From the NCBI GenBank assembly GCA_052386995.1, contig JBQTJP010000196.1, forward strand, positions 1 to 34,950: DNA of 34,950 bases. The letters run 5' to 3'. This document shows, in pieces, positions 16,195-26,025 of the stretch. The first letter of the stretch is position 1. Each line of letters begins with the position of its first letter. A program made the position numbers and the translations under genes. Source of the stretch: Armatimonadota bacterium. Lineage in GTDB: Bacteria; Sysuimicrobiota; Sysuimicrobiia; Sysuimicrobiales; Humicultoraceae. The notes below the pieces were generated by a model. The model did not search any database, had not been told where the DNA came from, and was given only the letters and a program-made list of their open reading frames with translations.

Positions 16195-17415
16195 TCAGTG
16201 CCCCGGCCTGGCGCCGCCGGCCGTGGCCTGCGCGGGCGCGGCGGCAAGGACCCGGTCGAATATCGCCAGCGCCTGATCGATCTCGTCGGGCGTGACGACG
16301 AGCGGCGGGGCAAAGCGCAGCGTGTTGGATTGGACGGCGTTGATGAGCAGCCCGGCGTCCCGACAGGCATCGACCACCGGCGCCGCTTCGCGGTCAAGCT
16401 CCAGGGCCTGGAGCAGGCCGCGGCCGCGCACGGCCTTCGCCGCACTTCTGGCAACCTGAGTCTGCAGGCCCGCCGCCAGCCGCGCACCCATGGCGGCCGC
16501 GTGTTCGGGCAGACGATCCTTCACGATTGTCTCGGCCACCGCCAGCGCCGCGGCGCATGCCAGCGGATTGCCTCCGAAGGTGCTGCCGTGGTCGCCGGGG
16601 ACGAATGCCGAAGCCTTCTCTTTGACTAGCATCGCCCCGATGGGCACTCCACCGCCCAGGCCCTTGGCCAGGGTCAACACATCGGGCTCGATGCCGTACT
16701 GCTCGTATGCGAACAGGGTGCCCGTCCTCCCCATACCGGTTTGGACCTCGTCGAGGATGAGCAGCAGGTCGTGAGCATCGCACCACTCGCGGACACTCGC
16801 CAGATAGGCCGGTGAGGCGGGCGCGATCCCCCCTTCACCCTGGAGCGGCTCCAGCATCAGCGCGACGGTCCGCTCGGTGGTGGCGCCGGGGATGGCATCC
16901 ATATCGTTGAACGGAACCGCCACAAACCCAGCCGGCAACGGCGCGAACGGCTGCTGGTACTTGGGCTGCATGGTCGCGGCGAGCGTTCCCATCGTCCGGC
17001 CGTGGAAGGATTGCTGGGCGACGATGATCTCGAACCGATCGCGACCGTCGCGGCGGCCCCACTTGCGGGCGAGCTTGATCGCGGCCTCGTTGGCTTCGGC
17101 ACCGCTGTTGCAGAAGAACGCCCGGTCGCAGGCAGAGTGCTCCACCAGCCATTTGGCGAGCGCCGCCTGCTCGGGGATGTGAAAGAGGTTCGAGACGTGG
17201 AGCAGACGGGTCGCCTGCCTGGTGATGGTGTCAACAAGCCTGGGGTGCGCATGGCCGAGCGCGCTCACCGCGATTCCGCTGATGAAGTCGAGGTAGCGCC
17301 GGCCTTCGAGATCGTACAACCAGACGCCCTGCCCGTGTGAGACCGCCACCGGCGCGCGCTTGTACGTCGGAAGGAGATACCGCTGGGTCATCGCGATGAC
17401 ATCTGCTGTCGACAT
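16195..17415 (-). CDS. argD: Acetylornithine aminotransferase
   Basis: NSGAEANEAAIKLAR, SFHGRT, DEVQTGMGRTG, TLAKGLGGG (PLP lysine), HGSTFGGNP. Confidence 0.94.
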   Translation of the reverse strand: MSTADVIAMTQRYLLPTYKRAPVAVSHGQGVWLYDLEGRRYLDFISGIAVSALGHAHPRLVDTITRQATRLLHVSNLFHIPEQAALAKWLVEHSACDRAFFCNSGAEANEAAIKLARKWGRRDGRDRFEIIVAQQSFHGRTMGTLAATMQPKYQQPFAPLPAGFVAVPFNDMDAIPGATTERTVALMLEPLQGEGGIAPASPAYLASVREWCDAHDLLLILDEVQTGMGRTGTLFAYEQYGIEPDVLTLAKGLGGGVPIGAMLVKEKASAFVPGDHGSTFGGNPLACAAALAVAETIVKDRLPEHAAAMGARLAAGLQTQVARSAAKAVRGRGLLQALELDREAAPVVDACRDAGLLINAVQSNTLRFAPPLVVTPDEIDQALAIFDRVLAAAPAQATAGGARPGH

Positions 17416-17428
17416 GCGGCTGGCCTCC

Positions 17429-18324
17429 CTACGATCCCGTGGTGATCATCGTACCGATCCCTTCTTCGGTGAAGAGCTCGATCAGCAGCGCGTGCGGGGT
17501 GTCGATCCCGATGATGTGTGCGCTAGGCACGCCCCGATCGAGTGCGGTCAGACAGGCCTCGACCTTCGGGATCATCCCGCGGCGGATGGTGCCGTCCGTG
17601 ATGAGCCGCCGCGCCTCCGCCGCGGTGAGACTGGAGACCAGCGATGCCGCGTCGTCGCCGTCTGAGCGCATTACCCCGGGCACGTCGGTCAGGATGATCA
17701 TTTTGCTCGCCGCCAGCGCCGCCGCGAGGGCCCCGGCGACGTGGTCGGCATTGAGGTTCAGGCTCTCACCCTCGTCCCCCACGCCCACCGACGCGATCAC
17801 CGGCACGTGCCCGGCTTCGCTGATGGTCTGAATGATCTGTCCGCGGACCTCGACAACCTCTCCCACCAGGCCAAGGTCGATCGGACCGTTGAGCCGGCGC
17901 GCGCGCAGCAGTCCCGCGTCCTTTCCCGACAGACCCACGGCGCTGCCGCCCGCGGTCCCGATCATCGTCACCAGCGTCTTGTTGGCGCGGCCGGCCAGCA
18001 CCATCTCGACGATCTCCATCGTCTCGGCATCGGTCACTCGGAGGCCCTTGACGAACTGCGTTTCCTTGCCGACTCGATCGAGCATGCGCGTGATCTCCGG
18101 GCCGCCGCCGTGCACGAGCACCGGATTGACCCCGGCGCCCTTGAGGAGCACCAGGTCTTCCACCACGGTGCCCGACGCGTTGGCGTCGAGCACACTGCCG
18201 CCGTACTTGACGACGACGGTTCTCCCGCGCCACGCCGCCGCGTAGTGCAGGCCCCGTGCGATGAGCCGTCCCTCGGTGACGGGATCGCGCACTACCTCCT
18301 TGGTCTGCTGCGCCAGCCTGCGCG

Positions 18325-18328
<4 letters not shown>
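17429..18328 (-). CDS. argB: Acetylglutamate kinase
   Basis: VVKYGG, VHGGGPEI, GLRVTD, NLNADHVA, GMIPKVEAC, ELFTEEGIGT. GTG 18328 overlaps the argJ stop (alternative GTG 18292). Confidence 0.95.
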
Positions 18329-19542
<1,214 letters not shown>

Positions 19543-19556
19543 CACAACACCTCTGC

Positions 19557-20594
19557 CTAGGGAAACACCGGGGGCGCTTCCAGCCCCGAGCGTTCCGAGA
19601 ACCCGCACATGATGTTCATGTTTTGAATGGCCTGGCCGGACGCGCCTTTCACGAGGTTGTCGATCGCGGCCATAACGATCAACACGCCCCCGCGTGGATC
19701 CACGCGCACCGCGACGTCACAGTAGTTGGATCCGAACGTGGCCTTCGTCTGCGGCAGTCCCCCCGGCAGCACGCGCACGAACGGCTCACGGGCGTAGGCT
19801 TCCATCAGAATCCCTTCGGCTTCGGCGTCAGTCATCCCGTGCACCAGGCGCATGTACACTGTGGCCAGAATCCCCCGCGTCATGGGGATCAGATGCGGCG
19901 TGAACGTGATCGCCATTCCGCCGCCGTTGAGCGCGGCGACCTCCTGCTCGATTTCCGGCGCGTGACGGTGGGCCGCGACGTTGTATGGCTTCACGTTCTC
20001 GTTGATCTCGGAGAAGAGCAGGCCCGGTGACGCGCCCCGGCCCGCACCGGAGATGCCCGATTTAGCGTCTACGATGATGCCGTCGTGCTTCACCACACCA
20101 GCCCGCACGAATGGCGCGATCGCGATGAGCGCGGCGGTCGGATAGCAGCCGGGATTGCCGACAATGCGCGACGTCTTGATGCGCTCGCGATGAAGCTCGG
20201 GTTGGCCGTACACCGCGTCGGCGAGAAGGTGGGGGGCCGCATGCGGCATCTTGTACCACGCCTGGTACGTCGCGGGATCGCGAAACCTGAAGTCTGCTCC
20301 CAGGTCGACGATCTTTGTGCGCGGCCCCAGCTTCGGCACAAGCGTCATCGCCATGCCGTTGGGAAGTGCGAAGAAGACAACATCCGAATCTGCGCCGATC
20401 GCCTCCACATCGGCCTCTTCGGTCGTGTGCGCGACGAACCCGCGCAAGTTGGGGAAGACCTCGCCATAGGGTTCCGCTTTGCGGCTCTCGGCGGTCAGGT
20501 GCGCGAGCGCGACGTCCGGGTGCCCGCACAGCAGCCGAACGAGCTCCCCTCCACCGTAGCCCGATGCCCCAATGATGCTCACGCGAATCGGCAT
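19557..20594 (-). CDS. argC: N-acetyl-gamma-glutamyl-phosphate reductase
   Basis: IIGASGYGG, DLGADFR, NPGCYPT, SGISGAGR, HRHAPEI, DNLVKGASGQA. ATG at 20594. Confidence 0.96.
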   Translation of the reverse strand: MPIRVSIIGASGYGGGELVRLLCGHPDVALAHLTAESRKAEPYGEVFPNLRGFVAHTTEEADVEAIGADSDVVFFALPNGMAMTLVPKLGPRTKIVDLGADFRFRDPATYQAWYKMPHAAPHLLADAVYGQPELHRERIKTSRIVGNPGCYPTAALIAIAPFVRAGVVKHDGIIVDAKSGISGAGRGASPGLLFSEINENVKPYNVAAHRHAPEIEQEVAALNGGGMAITFTPHLIPMTRGILATVYMRLVHGMTDAEAEGILMEAYAREPFVRVLPGGLPQTKATFGSNYCDVAVRVDPRGGVLIVMAAIDNLVKGASGQAIQNMNIMCGFSERSGLEAPPVFP

Positions 20595-20631
20595 GGGTAT
20601 TATTATACAGGCGGGTGTATGGAAATGCAAC
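20594..20631 (-). promoter_or_regulatory. argC promoter overlapped by two tandem ARG boxes
   Basis: -35 TTGCAT (20630-20625), 17 nt, -10 TATAAT (20607-20602). 18-bp boxes gtTGCATttccATACAcc (20631-20614) and ccTGTATaataATACCca (20611-20594), 2 bp apart, match TGnAT-N4-ATnCA. Confidence 0.85.
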
Positions 20632-20667
20632 GCCGGCGTTGAAAGTGTAGCGTCACCGCCCAGCGGA

Positions 20668-21444
20668 CTATCGCGAGAGGCCGAGACAACCGACGGTCTT
20701 GTCTCCAAGACCTCCATTCCTCATGCATTGTGAGAACGAGTGCGGCGACCGTGGAAGCAATTGAAACGCGTACGGGGTGCGTAGCCCGCGCGCCGCGGCC
20801 GCGGCCTGCATCGCCTCCACCCACCGTTTTCCGCGCTCGACGCGGTTGAGTCCCTGCTGGGCGTCTACTTCCGGGCGCTGATTGAGATCCGTATCCCGCT
20901 GGACGTCATCTTCGCCAACGAACACACACCCCGGGACACGAAGGAACCGCTCAGGAACGAAGACCACATCGGGGAGATCAAGGATCGACCTGATCCCACC
21001 GGGAAATTCCACTGCGGGATCAGGGAACGTATACCATCCAGCGGCACCTGCCACGAACCGCGCGACCTGCTCGGGGTACGCCATCGTGTACCGATGGACG
21101 AACTGGGCGCCGCCCGAATACCCCGAAAGATGGAGCTTGTCGGTCCTTGCCCCGGTCAGCGCGCCAACTTCGGCCACCAGGCGCTGCAGCGCGAGATCGG
21201 CTCGCGCCCCACGACCGGCTCGACCAAGCCGCTGAAAATCAGGGAAGTGATCGGCGGGAAACAGCGGAGCGAGGAGCACCGCGCCCGCGCGTTCGGCAAA
21301 CGGCGCGAAGAGCGAGGCATGCTGCGCGACGCCTCGCCCGTTCCCATGCACGTCGATGAAGAGCGGAGCCCCCTGCCCTCCACGGTGGGACACGTAGAGG
21401 TGGTATGTGAGCGGCGGATCGCCCGGAAGCGTTCGGACGGCCAC
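20668..21444 (-). CDS. Alpha/beta-fold serine hydrolase (esterase/poly-aspartate-hydrolase-like)
   Basis: HG oxyanion segment (DVHGNGR), nucleophile elbow GYSGGAQFVHRY, AGWYTFP, Asp (VGEDD), His (PHSF). The true N-terminus may lie upstream (see findings). Confidence 0.8.
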   Translation of the reverse strand: MAVRTLPGDPPLTYHLYVSHRGGQGAPLFIDVHGNGRGVAQHASLFAPFAERAGAVLLAPLFPADHFPDFQRLGRAGRGARADLALQRLVAEVGALTGARTDKLHLSGYSGGAQFVHRYTMAYPEQVARFVAGAAGWYTFPDPAVEFPGGIRSILDLPDVVFVPERFLRVPGCVFVGEDDVQRDTDLNQRPEVDAQQGLNRVERGKRWVEAMQAAAAARGLRTPYAFQLLPRSPHSFSQCMRNGGLGDKTVGCLGLSR

Positions 21445-21576
21445 GGTCCCCGACTCGACTGCGGGTCTCTGCGCCCCCTCTCCGATGCCAGCACCAGCGA
21501 AATAAGGCCGGCAAACACTGCGACCCCAGACACCAACTGGTGATCTAGTGACGCGATGGCGCTCCTCCGAAAGACC

Positions 21577-22797
21577 TCAGGTAGATAGTGTCGTGTCGAC
21601 GACGTGTCCTTGCCCGGCGTTCGCGCGTGGGCCCGGAGCCGTCTCGGGAGGCGGAACGAAGATCAGGCCAGCGGCCCATCCAAGAGCCACCATCAATGTG
21701 AATGTCGTAAACTCGCGGTACATCAGCCAGATCAGGAGAATGGTGGCGAGCGCCCCTGACGCCAAGCCCGTGAGGACCGGCGGGCCGAATCGTGTCCTCC
21801 GCAACCTGTCAATGGCCAGGCCGCCTAGCAGACCGAAAATCGCCCAGATCAACGCTTCCGCCGATACCCAGCGGCCCATTGTAAGAATTCGTGGCCTGGT
21901 GATCCAGATCATGACCACTGTCAGGATGGATCCGGCCACGAGCCCCACGATGACGCCGATCTTTGCTGCCCGAGATGGCCGCTGCTGAGCCCCATAGGCC
22001 CACGCATACGTAACCAGACCGGCCAGGATGACGGGAAGCGCAACCCAGAGCCAGTTCCGCCTGAACACGGTGAATATCCCGTTGTGAAGTACGGCGGCAC
22101 TGCCCGCACCAAGGCCGGCCGCAAGGGCCACGTTCAATCGAACCCGCCGCTGCTCCGCCGAGCCCGACTTGAGGGCAGACATCACGAGTCCGGCAGCTTC
22201 GCGGGCGGCCTGTTCCAACAGACCGGCGCCGGTCGCCAGCGGCATCCCAGGGATGCGAGGGACGGTCGGACGAACAGGGGCAACCGGAGCGGCCATCGCG
22301 GCTCCGGGAATGGTCGCAGTGGCACCAATGGGAGGAACTGGTACGGTGGGTGGAGACGGCGGGGTTACCACTTCCTCACCGGTTGCCGCCGCGGTGCGCC
22401 TCAAGAGCACCTGGATCGTGCTCGCCAGCTGCTCGAGGTGCCTCTCCAGCGGGGGCGTGAGCGCGTCGAGCCAGTGGACAGGCCCGATGAAATACTCGAG
22501 GGACTTGCCTGGCGCCACATCCTCGATGCGCACCGGGATGATCGAGATGCCCTTGCTGACCGCGCGCTCGACCTCCAGCCGGATCTGGCTCGACTCGTTG
22601 GCGTTCTTGGAGAAGACAAGGACCATCGCCTTGCTGGCGTTGATGGCATCGATGATCGCTTCGCCGTAGTGCATGCCCGCCAGGACGTCCCGGGGCGCGA
22701 TCCAGCAGCGGATGCCTCTTACCTCGAGGGTCGCCACCACCGCGTCCGCGGTCGGCTTGTCTTTGGCGGAGTAGCTCACGAAAACGTCATGCGCCAT
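21577..22797 (-). CDS. TIR-domain (TIR_2-like) protein with Pro/Ala linker and about 6 C-terminal TM helices
   Basis: HDVFVSYSAKD, RCWIAPRD, VLVFSKNANES, LEVERA (catalytic Glu), IIPVRIED. SD GAGGTG. Confidence 0.88.
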   Translation of the reverse strand: MAHDVFVSYSAKDKPTADAVVATLEVRGIRCWIAPRDVLAGMHYGEAIIDAINASKAMVLVFSKNANESSQIRLEVERAVSKGISIIPVRIEDVAPGKSLEYFIGPVHWLDALTPPLERHLEQLASTIQVLLRRTAAATGEEVVTPPSPPTVPVPPIGATATIPGAAMAAPVAPVRPTVPRIPGMPLATGAGLLEQAAREAAGLVMSALKSGSAEQRRVRLNVALAAGLGAGSAAVLHNGIFTVFRRNWLWVALPVILAGLVTYAWAYGAQQRPSRAAKIGVIVGLVAGSILTVVMIWITRPRILTMGRWVSAEALIWAIFGLLGGLAIDRLRRTRFGPPVLTGLASGALATILLIWLMYREFTTFTLMVALGWAAGLIFVPPPETAPGPRANAGQGHVVDTTLST

Positions 22798-22845
22798 CCC
22801 GATTCACCTCGACCCTGCTCGGTGCGGCGAATGGAACTCCACCAA

Positions 22846-24507
22846 TCAGTCGTCCCACCGCCAGTCGTAGCTATTCCACAGCATGTACGACCCCGCGAGG
22901 CCGGTGGGCCGGACGTTGGCGATCTTCTTGTGCGAGGTCGTCCGGCTAAGGCGGAAGTACAGCGGCAGGCTGGGCAGATCTTCCGCAAAGATCTCCTGCT
23001 GGCGGCGGAACAGCGCGATGCGCTTCTTCTCGTCGAGCTCGGAGATCATCTGCTCCCAGAGCCGGTCGTTTTCCGCGTTGCGCCATCCCCCTCGGTTGTC
23101 GCCCTCCCAGTTGTTGGCCGCTGAGGGAATCTGGCTGCTGTGGAACCGGCTGATCGGCAGCGTCTCAGGCGAGAACAGGCTTCCATAGAGTGCCAGATGC
23201 GGGAACTGCCGCCGATTGATGATGGGGCCCAGAAAGACCGATGCGGGCCGGTTGTCGATCCGGAGATCGACCCCCACGTGCTTGAGTTGCTCCTTTGCGA
23301 CCTGCTCGGTCTGCTCCCGAATGGCGCTTCCCGCTGTTGACATGATCGTCATCTCGAACCGCTTGCCGCTCGCATCCCGGAGAATGCCATCGGGGCCCAT
23401 GGTAAAGCCGGCTTCGGTCAGCAATTGCCGGGCGCGCGCGGGATCAAAGGCATACTTCTTCAGATTCGGGTGAGACGCGGGATGGCGCGGGGCCAGCCAG
23501 CCGTGGGCCGGCGGCTGACGGCCGCCCGAGCACGACAGTTCGGCCAGCGCGGCGCGATCAACAGCGTGGGCGATCGCGTGGCGCACGCGCCGGTCTTTGA
23601 GCCACTCATTGTCCAGGTTGAAGTCAACCCGCTCCCACGAAAGCGCCTCGCGGTAGTGGGCCACGATCTGCGGGTTGCGCTTCTCGATCTGCTCCATCGC
23701 GTCGCAGTCGAATCCCGCGTTGTCGGTCGCGTCCACGCTCCCCGCGATCTGGTTGGCCTGGAGCACCGTGTTGTCGAGGATAAACCGAATCGTCAGCCTC
23801 TTGACCTTGGGGACGCCCAGCGGAAACCTGTCGTACGCTTCCAGGGTGATATGGCTGCCCGCCACCCATTCAACGAAGCGATACGGACCAGCCGCGACCG
23901 GCGCGCGCCAGTAGGGATGCGCCTTGAGTCTGGAAGGGTCCTGACTGTAGGGCCGCTCGAGGATATGCCGCGGCAGCGGATACGGGTGGCCGAACGGGTC
24001 GCTGCCCGCAAACGGAAACAGCTCGTTCCACTGTACGACCAGCGTATAGGGGTCGGCCGGGTTGGGGACGAGGACGTTGTCGACCTTCCTGAGCACGAAG
24101 CGGCTGACCTGCGGCGTCTGGGGGTTGCGCAGCATGCCGTACGTGAAACGCCAGTCCAGCGCGGTGACCGGCTGGCCGTCGTGCCAGGTGAACCCGCGTT
24201 TGAGTCTCCAGGTGACCCGCATCTTGTTACCGGGGAGAATGACCCAGTCGCCGTCTTTCACCGTGGGCAGCTTCTCGACCATCATGGGCTGCCGGACCCA
24301 CTTATCGTTGAAAGGCGCCGCGTAGGCGAACATCGCGTTCTGCACGACCGATGCCGCCACCATGATCGAGAACGGACCGAAAAGATCGGGCTCCTGGGAC
24401 GTCCCGATGACGGCGCCCTCCCTCCTGCCCTGGGCGTCGGCGGATGCGGCGAGGACGGGTAGGGCCAGAACCGCTGCCAGCAGCGCTGCCAGCCATTGTC
24501 TCCTCAT
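22846..24507 (-). CDS. Peptide/nickel ABC transporter solute-binding protein (family 5)
   Basis: Signal peptide ending ADA-Q; QEPD, WHDGQPVTALD, GPYRFVEW, DRRVRHAIAHAVDR, DLPSLPLY. SD GGAGG. Confidence 0.92.
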   Translation of the reverse strand: MRRQWLAALLAAVLALPVLAASADAQGRREGAVIGTSQEPDLFGPFSIMVAASVVQNAMFAYAAPFNDKWVRQPMMVEKLPTVKDGDWVILPGNKMRVTWRLKRGFTWHDGQPVTALDWRFTYGMLRNPQTPQVSRFVLRKVDNVLVPNPADPYTLVVQWNELFPFAGSDPFGHPYPLPRHILERPYSQDPSRLKAHPYWRAPVAAGPYRFVEWVAGSHITLEAYDRFPLGVPKVKRLTIRFILDNTVLQANQIAGSVDATDNAGFDCDAMEQIEKRNPQIVAHYREALSWERVDFNLDNEWLKDRRVRHAIAHAVDRAALAELSCSGGRQPPAHGWLAPRHPASHPNLKKYAFDPARARQLLTEAGFTMGPDGILRDASGKRFEMTIMSTAGSAIREQTEQVAKEQLKHVGVDLRIDNRPASVFLGPIINRRQFPHLALYGSLFSPETLPISRFHSSQIPSAANNWEGDNRGGWRNAENDRLWEQMISELDEKKRIALFRRQQEIFAEDLPSLPLYFRLSRTTSHKKIANVRPTGLAGSYMLWNSYDWRWDD

Positions 24508-24626
24508 CGGACTCGCCTCCGGTGTTGTGACCGTCGCAATGAGCCGCAACAGCCCTTCGGCGCGCCGCGCACCGCATCCTGGTGGTAAGACTGAAGTATG
24601 TGAATCGATCCGGAAGGGAGCGCCTC

Positions 24627-25298
24627 ATGCCCAAACTCTGGAGTGAGTTGCCCGGCGCGCGCGCAAAAGAAGTGATCGCCGACGCGGCCACGGTGTTATG
24701 GATGATCTTCTGGATCGCCCTGGGCCTCCGGCTTTATGATCATCTTGCGCCGTCGACCGCGCTCGGGCGGACAATACGCTCGGCCGGGATTAAGCTCGAG
24801 TCCGCCGGCCAGCAGATGGGCGATGTCCTCATGCGCGTGCCCGCCGTCGGACGCGTCGCGGGCGACGGTGTCCGGGACGCACTGACCGCGGCCGGGGCGC
24901 CTCTTGCGGCGGCCGGCGGCGAGCTGGAGCGAGCCCTCGCCGCGGTGGTCGTGTCGGTCGCATCGATCGTGCTGGCCGTGCCCATCGTTCTGTGGCTCGA
25001 GCGGTATCTTCCGTGGCGCTTGCAGCGGCTGCGCATGGTCCGTGCGGCCCATCGCGCCATTCGCGTCGCGCCGCGTTTGGAAGGTATTCAGGTCGAACGG
25101 CTGTTGGCGTCGCGTGCGATCCACCGGTTGTCCTACGAGGACCTCCTGGCCCATACGCCGGATCCGCTGGGCGATTGGGCGTCCGGGCGGCACGAGGGTC
25201 TCGCCCGCGCGGAGCTGGCGAGCGTCGGCCTCAGGCCGTTGCCGGGACATCCGAGGGAACCGTTGGGTCAGGCCCGCCGGCGCAGGAGCCGCTCGTAG
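24627..25298 (+). CDS. Hypothetical membrane protein (2 TM)
   Basis: SD GGGAG before ATG 24627; two hydrophobic segments flanking a G/A-rich helical region; C-terminal LASRA...LARAEL. Overlaps the rsmE 3' end. Confidence 0.7.
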   Translation: MPKLWSELPGARAKEVIADAATVLWMIFWIALGLRLYDHLAPSTALGRTIRSAGIKLESAGQQMGDVLMRVPAVGRVAGDGVRDALTAAGAPLAAAGGELERALAAVVVSVASIVLAVPIVLWLERYLPWRLQRLRMVRAAHRAIRVAPRLEGIQVERLLASRAIHRLSYEDLLAHTPDPLGDWASGRHEGLARAELASVGLRPLPGHPREPLGQARRRRSRS

Positions 25299-26023
25299 AG
25301 AAGCATGGCCACGCTCACCAGTCCCGCCGTCTCGGTCCGCAGAATGAGGGGACCGAGTGAGACGGTGAGTCCGCCGGCGGCGCGCGCCGCAGCGACTTCC
25401 TCCGGCGTCAGCCCGCCCTCGGGACCGATGAAGATTGCCGCGGTTGCGAATGCGCGGCCGGCGATCACCTCGCCAATCGGCCGCGTCTCGGCCTCCCAGG
25501 GCACGATGAAGAGATCGACCGGGCCCAGCGCCTCCAGAGCGGCGTCCAATGGCACGGGCTCGTGGATCGCCGGAACATCGCCCCGACCGGACTGCCTGGC
25601 CGCCTCCTGGGCGATCCGCTGCCAGCGCGCCACACGGGCGGATCCGGGCCCGGCCACGGCTCGCGCCGTGAGCACCGGATGCATGGCGGCGATGCCGATC
25701 TCGGTCGCCGTGCGGATGATCAGGTCCATCTTCGGCCCGCGGGCCACGCCCTGCAGCAGCGTGAGCTCGATTGGACGCCGTGCGGGCCGAGGCGGCCCGA
25801 GGCGGCGGGCGGCGACGGCAGACCCGTCGACCCGGGTGACCTCGGCATCCACTTCGCGGCCGCCGTCAAACGCGATGAGGCGGGTTCCTGGCTGCAGCCT
25901 CAGCACCCGCGCGATGTGATGCGCCTCCCTGGGGGCGAAGACGATCTCGGCGTGATCGAGCGCCGCGTGCTCCACGAAGAAGCGGCGGGGCGCCCGGCCG
26001 GGCGCGGAAGATGGGGTCCTCAT
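25268..26023 (-). CDS. rsmE: 16S rRNA m3U1498 methyltransferase
   Basis: RRFFV, HHIARVLRL, EAARQSGR, IGPEGG, SLGPLILRTETA. Start is ATG 26023 or GTG 26029. Confidence 0.95.
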   Translation of the reverse strand: MRTPSSAPGRAPRRFFVEHAALDHAEIVFAPREAHHIARVLRLQPGTRLIAFDGGREVDAEVTRVDGSAVAARRLGPPRPARRPIELTLLQGVARGPKMDLIIRTATEIGIAAMHPVLTARAVAGPGSARVARWQRIAQEAARQSGRGDVPAIHEPVPLDAALEALGPVDLFIVPWEAETRPIGEVIAGRAFATAAIFIGPEGGLTPEEVAAARAAGGLTVSLGPLILRTETAGLVSVAMLLYERLLRRRA

Positions 26024-26025
26024 CG

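Noticed and set aside
14705..16276. 523-aa + strand ORF antisense to argG
   Set aside because: Shadow ORF expected from high-GC codon bias; no recognisable motifs.
21540..21579. Selenocysteine recoding of the TIR TGA
   Set aside because: No convincing SECIS hairpin follows, and the position is not in a redox motif.
20632..25298. Accessory block as a mobile element or prophage
   Set aside because: No integrase, transposase, att/direct repeats or tRNA site seen; only the compositional difference supports foreign origin.
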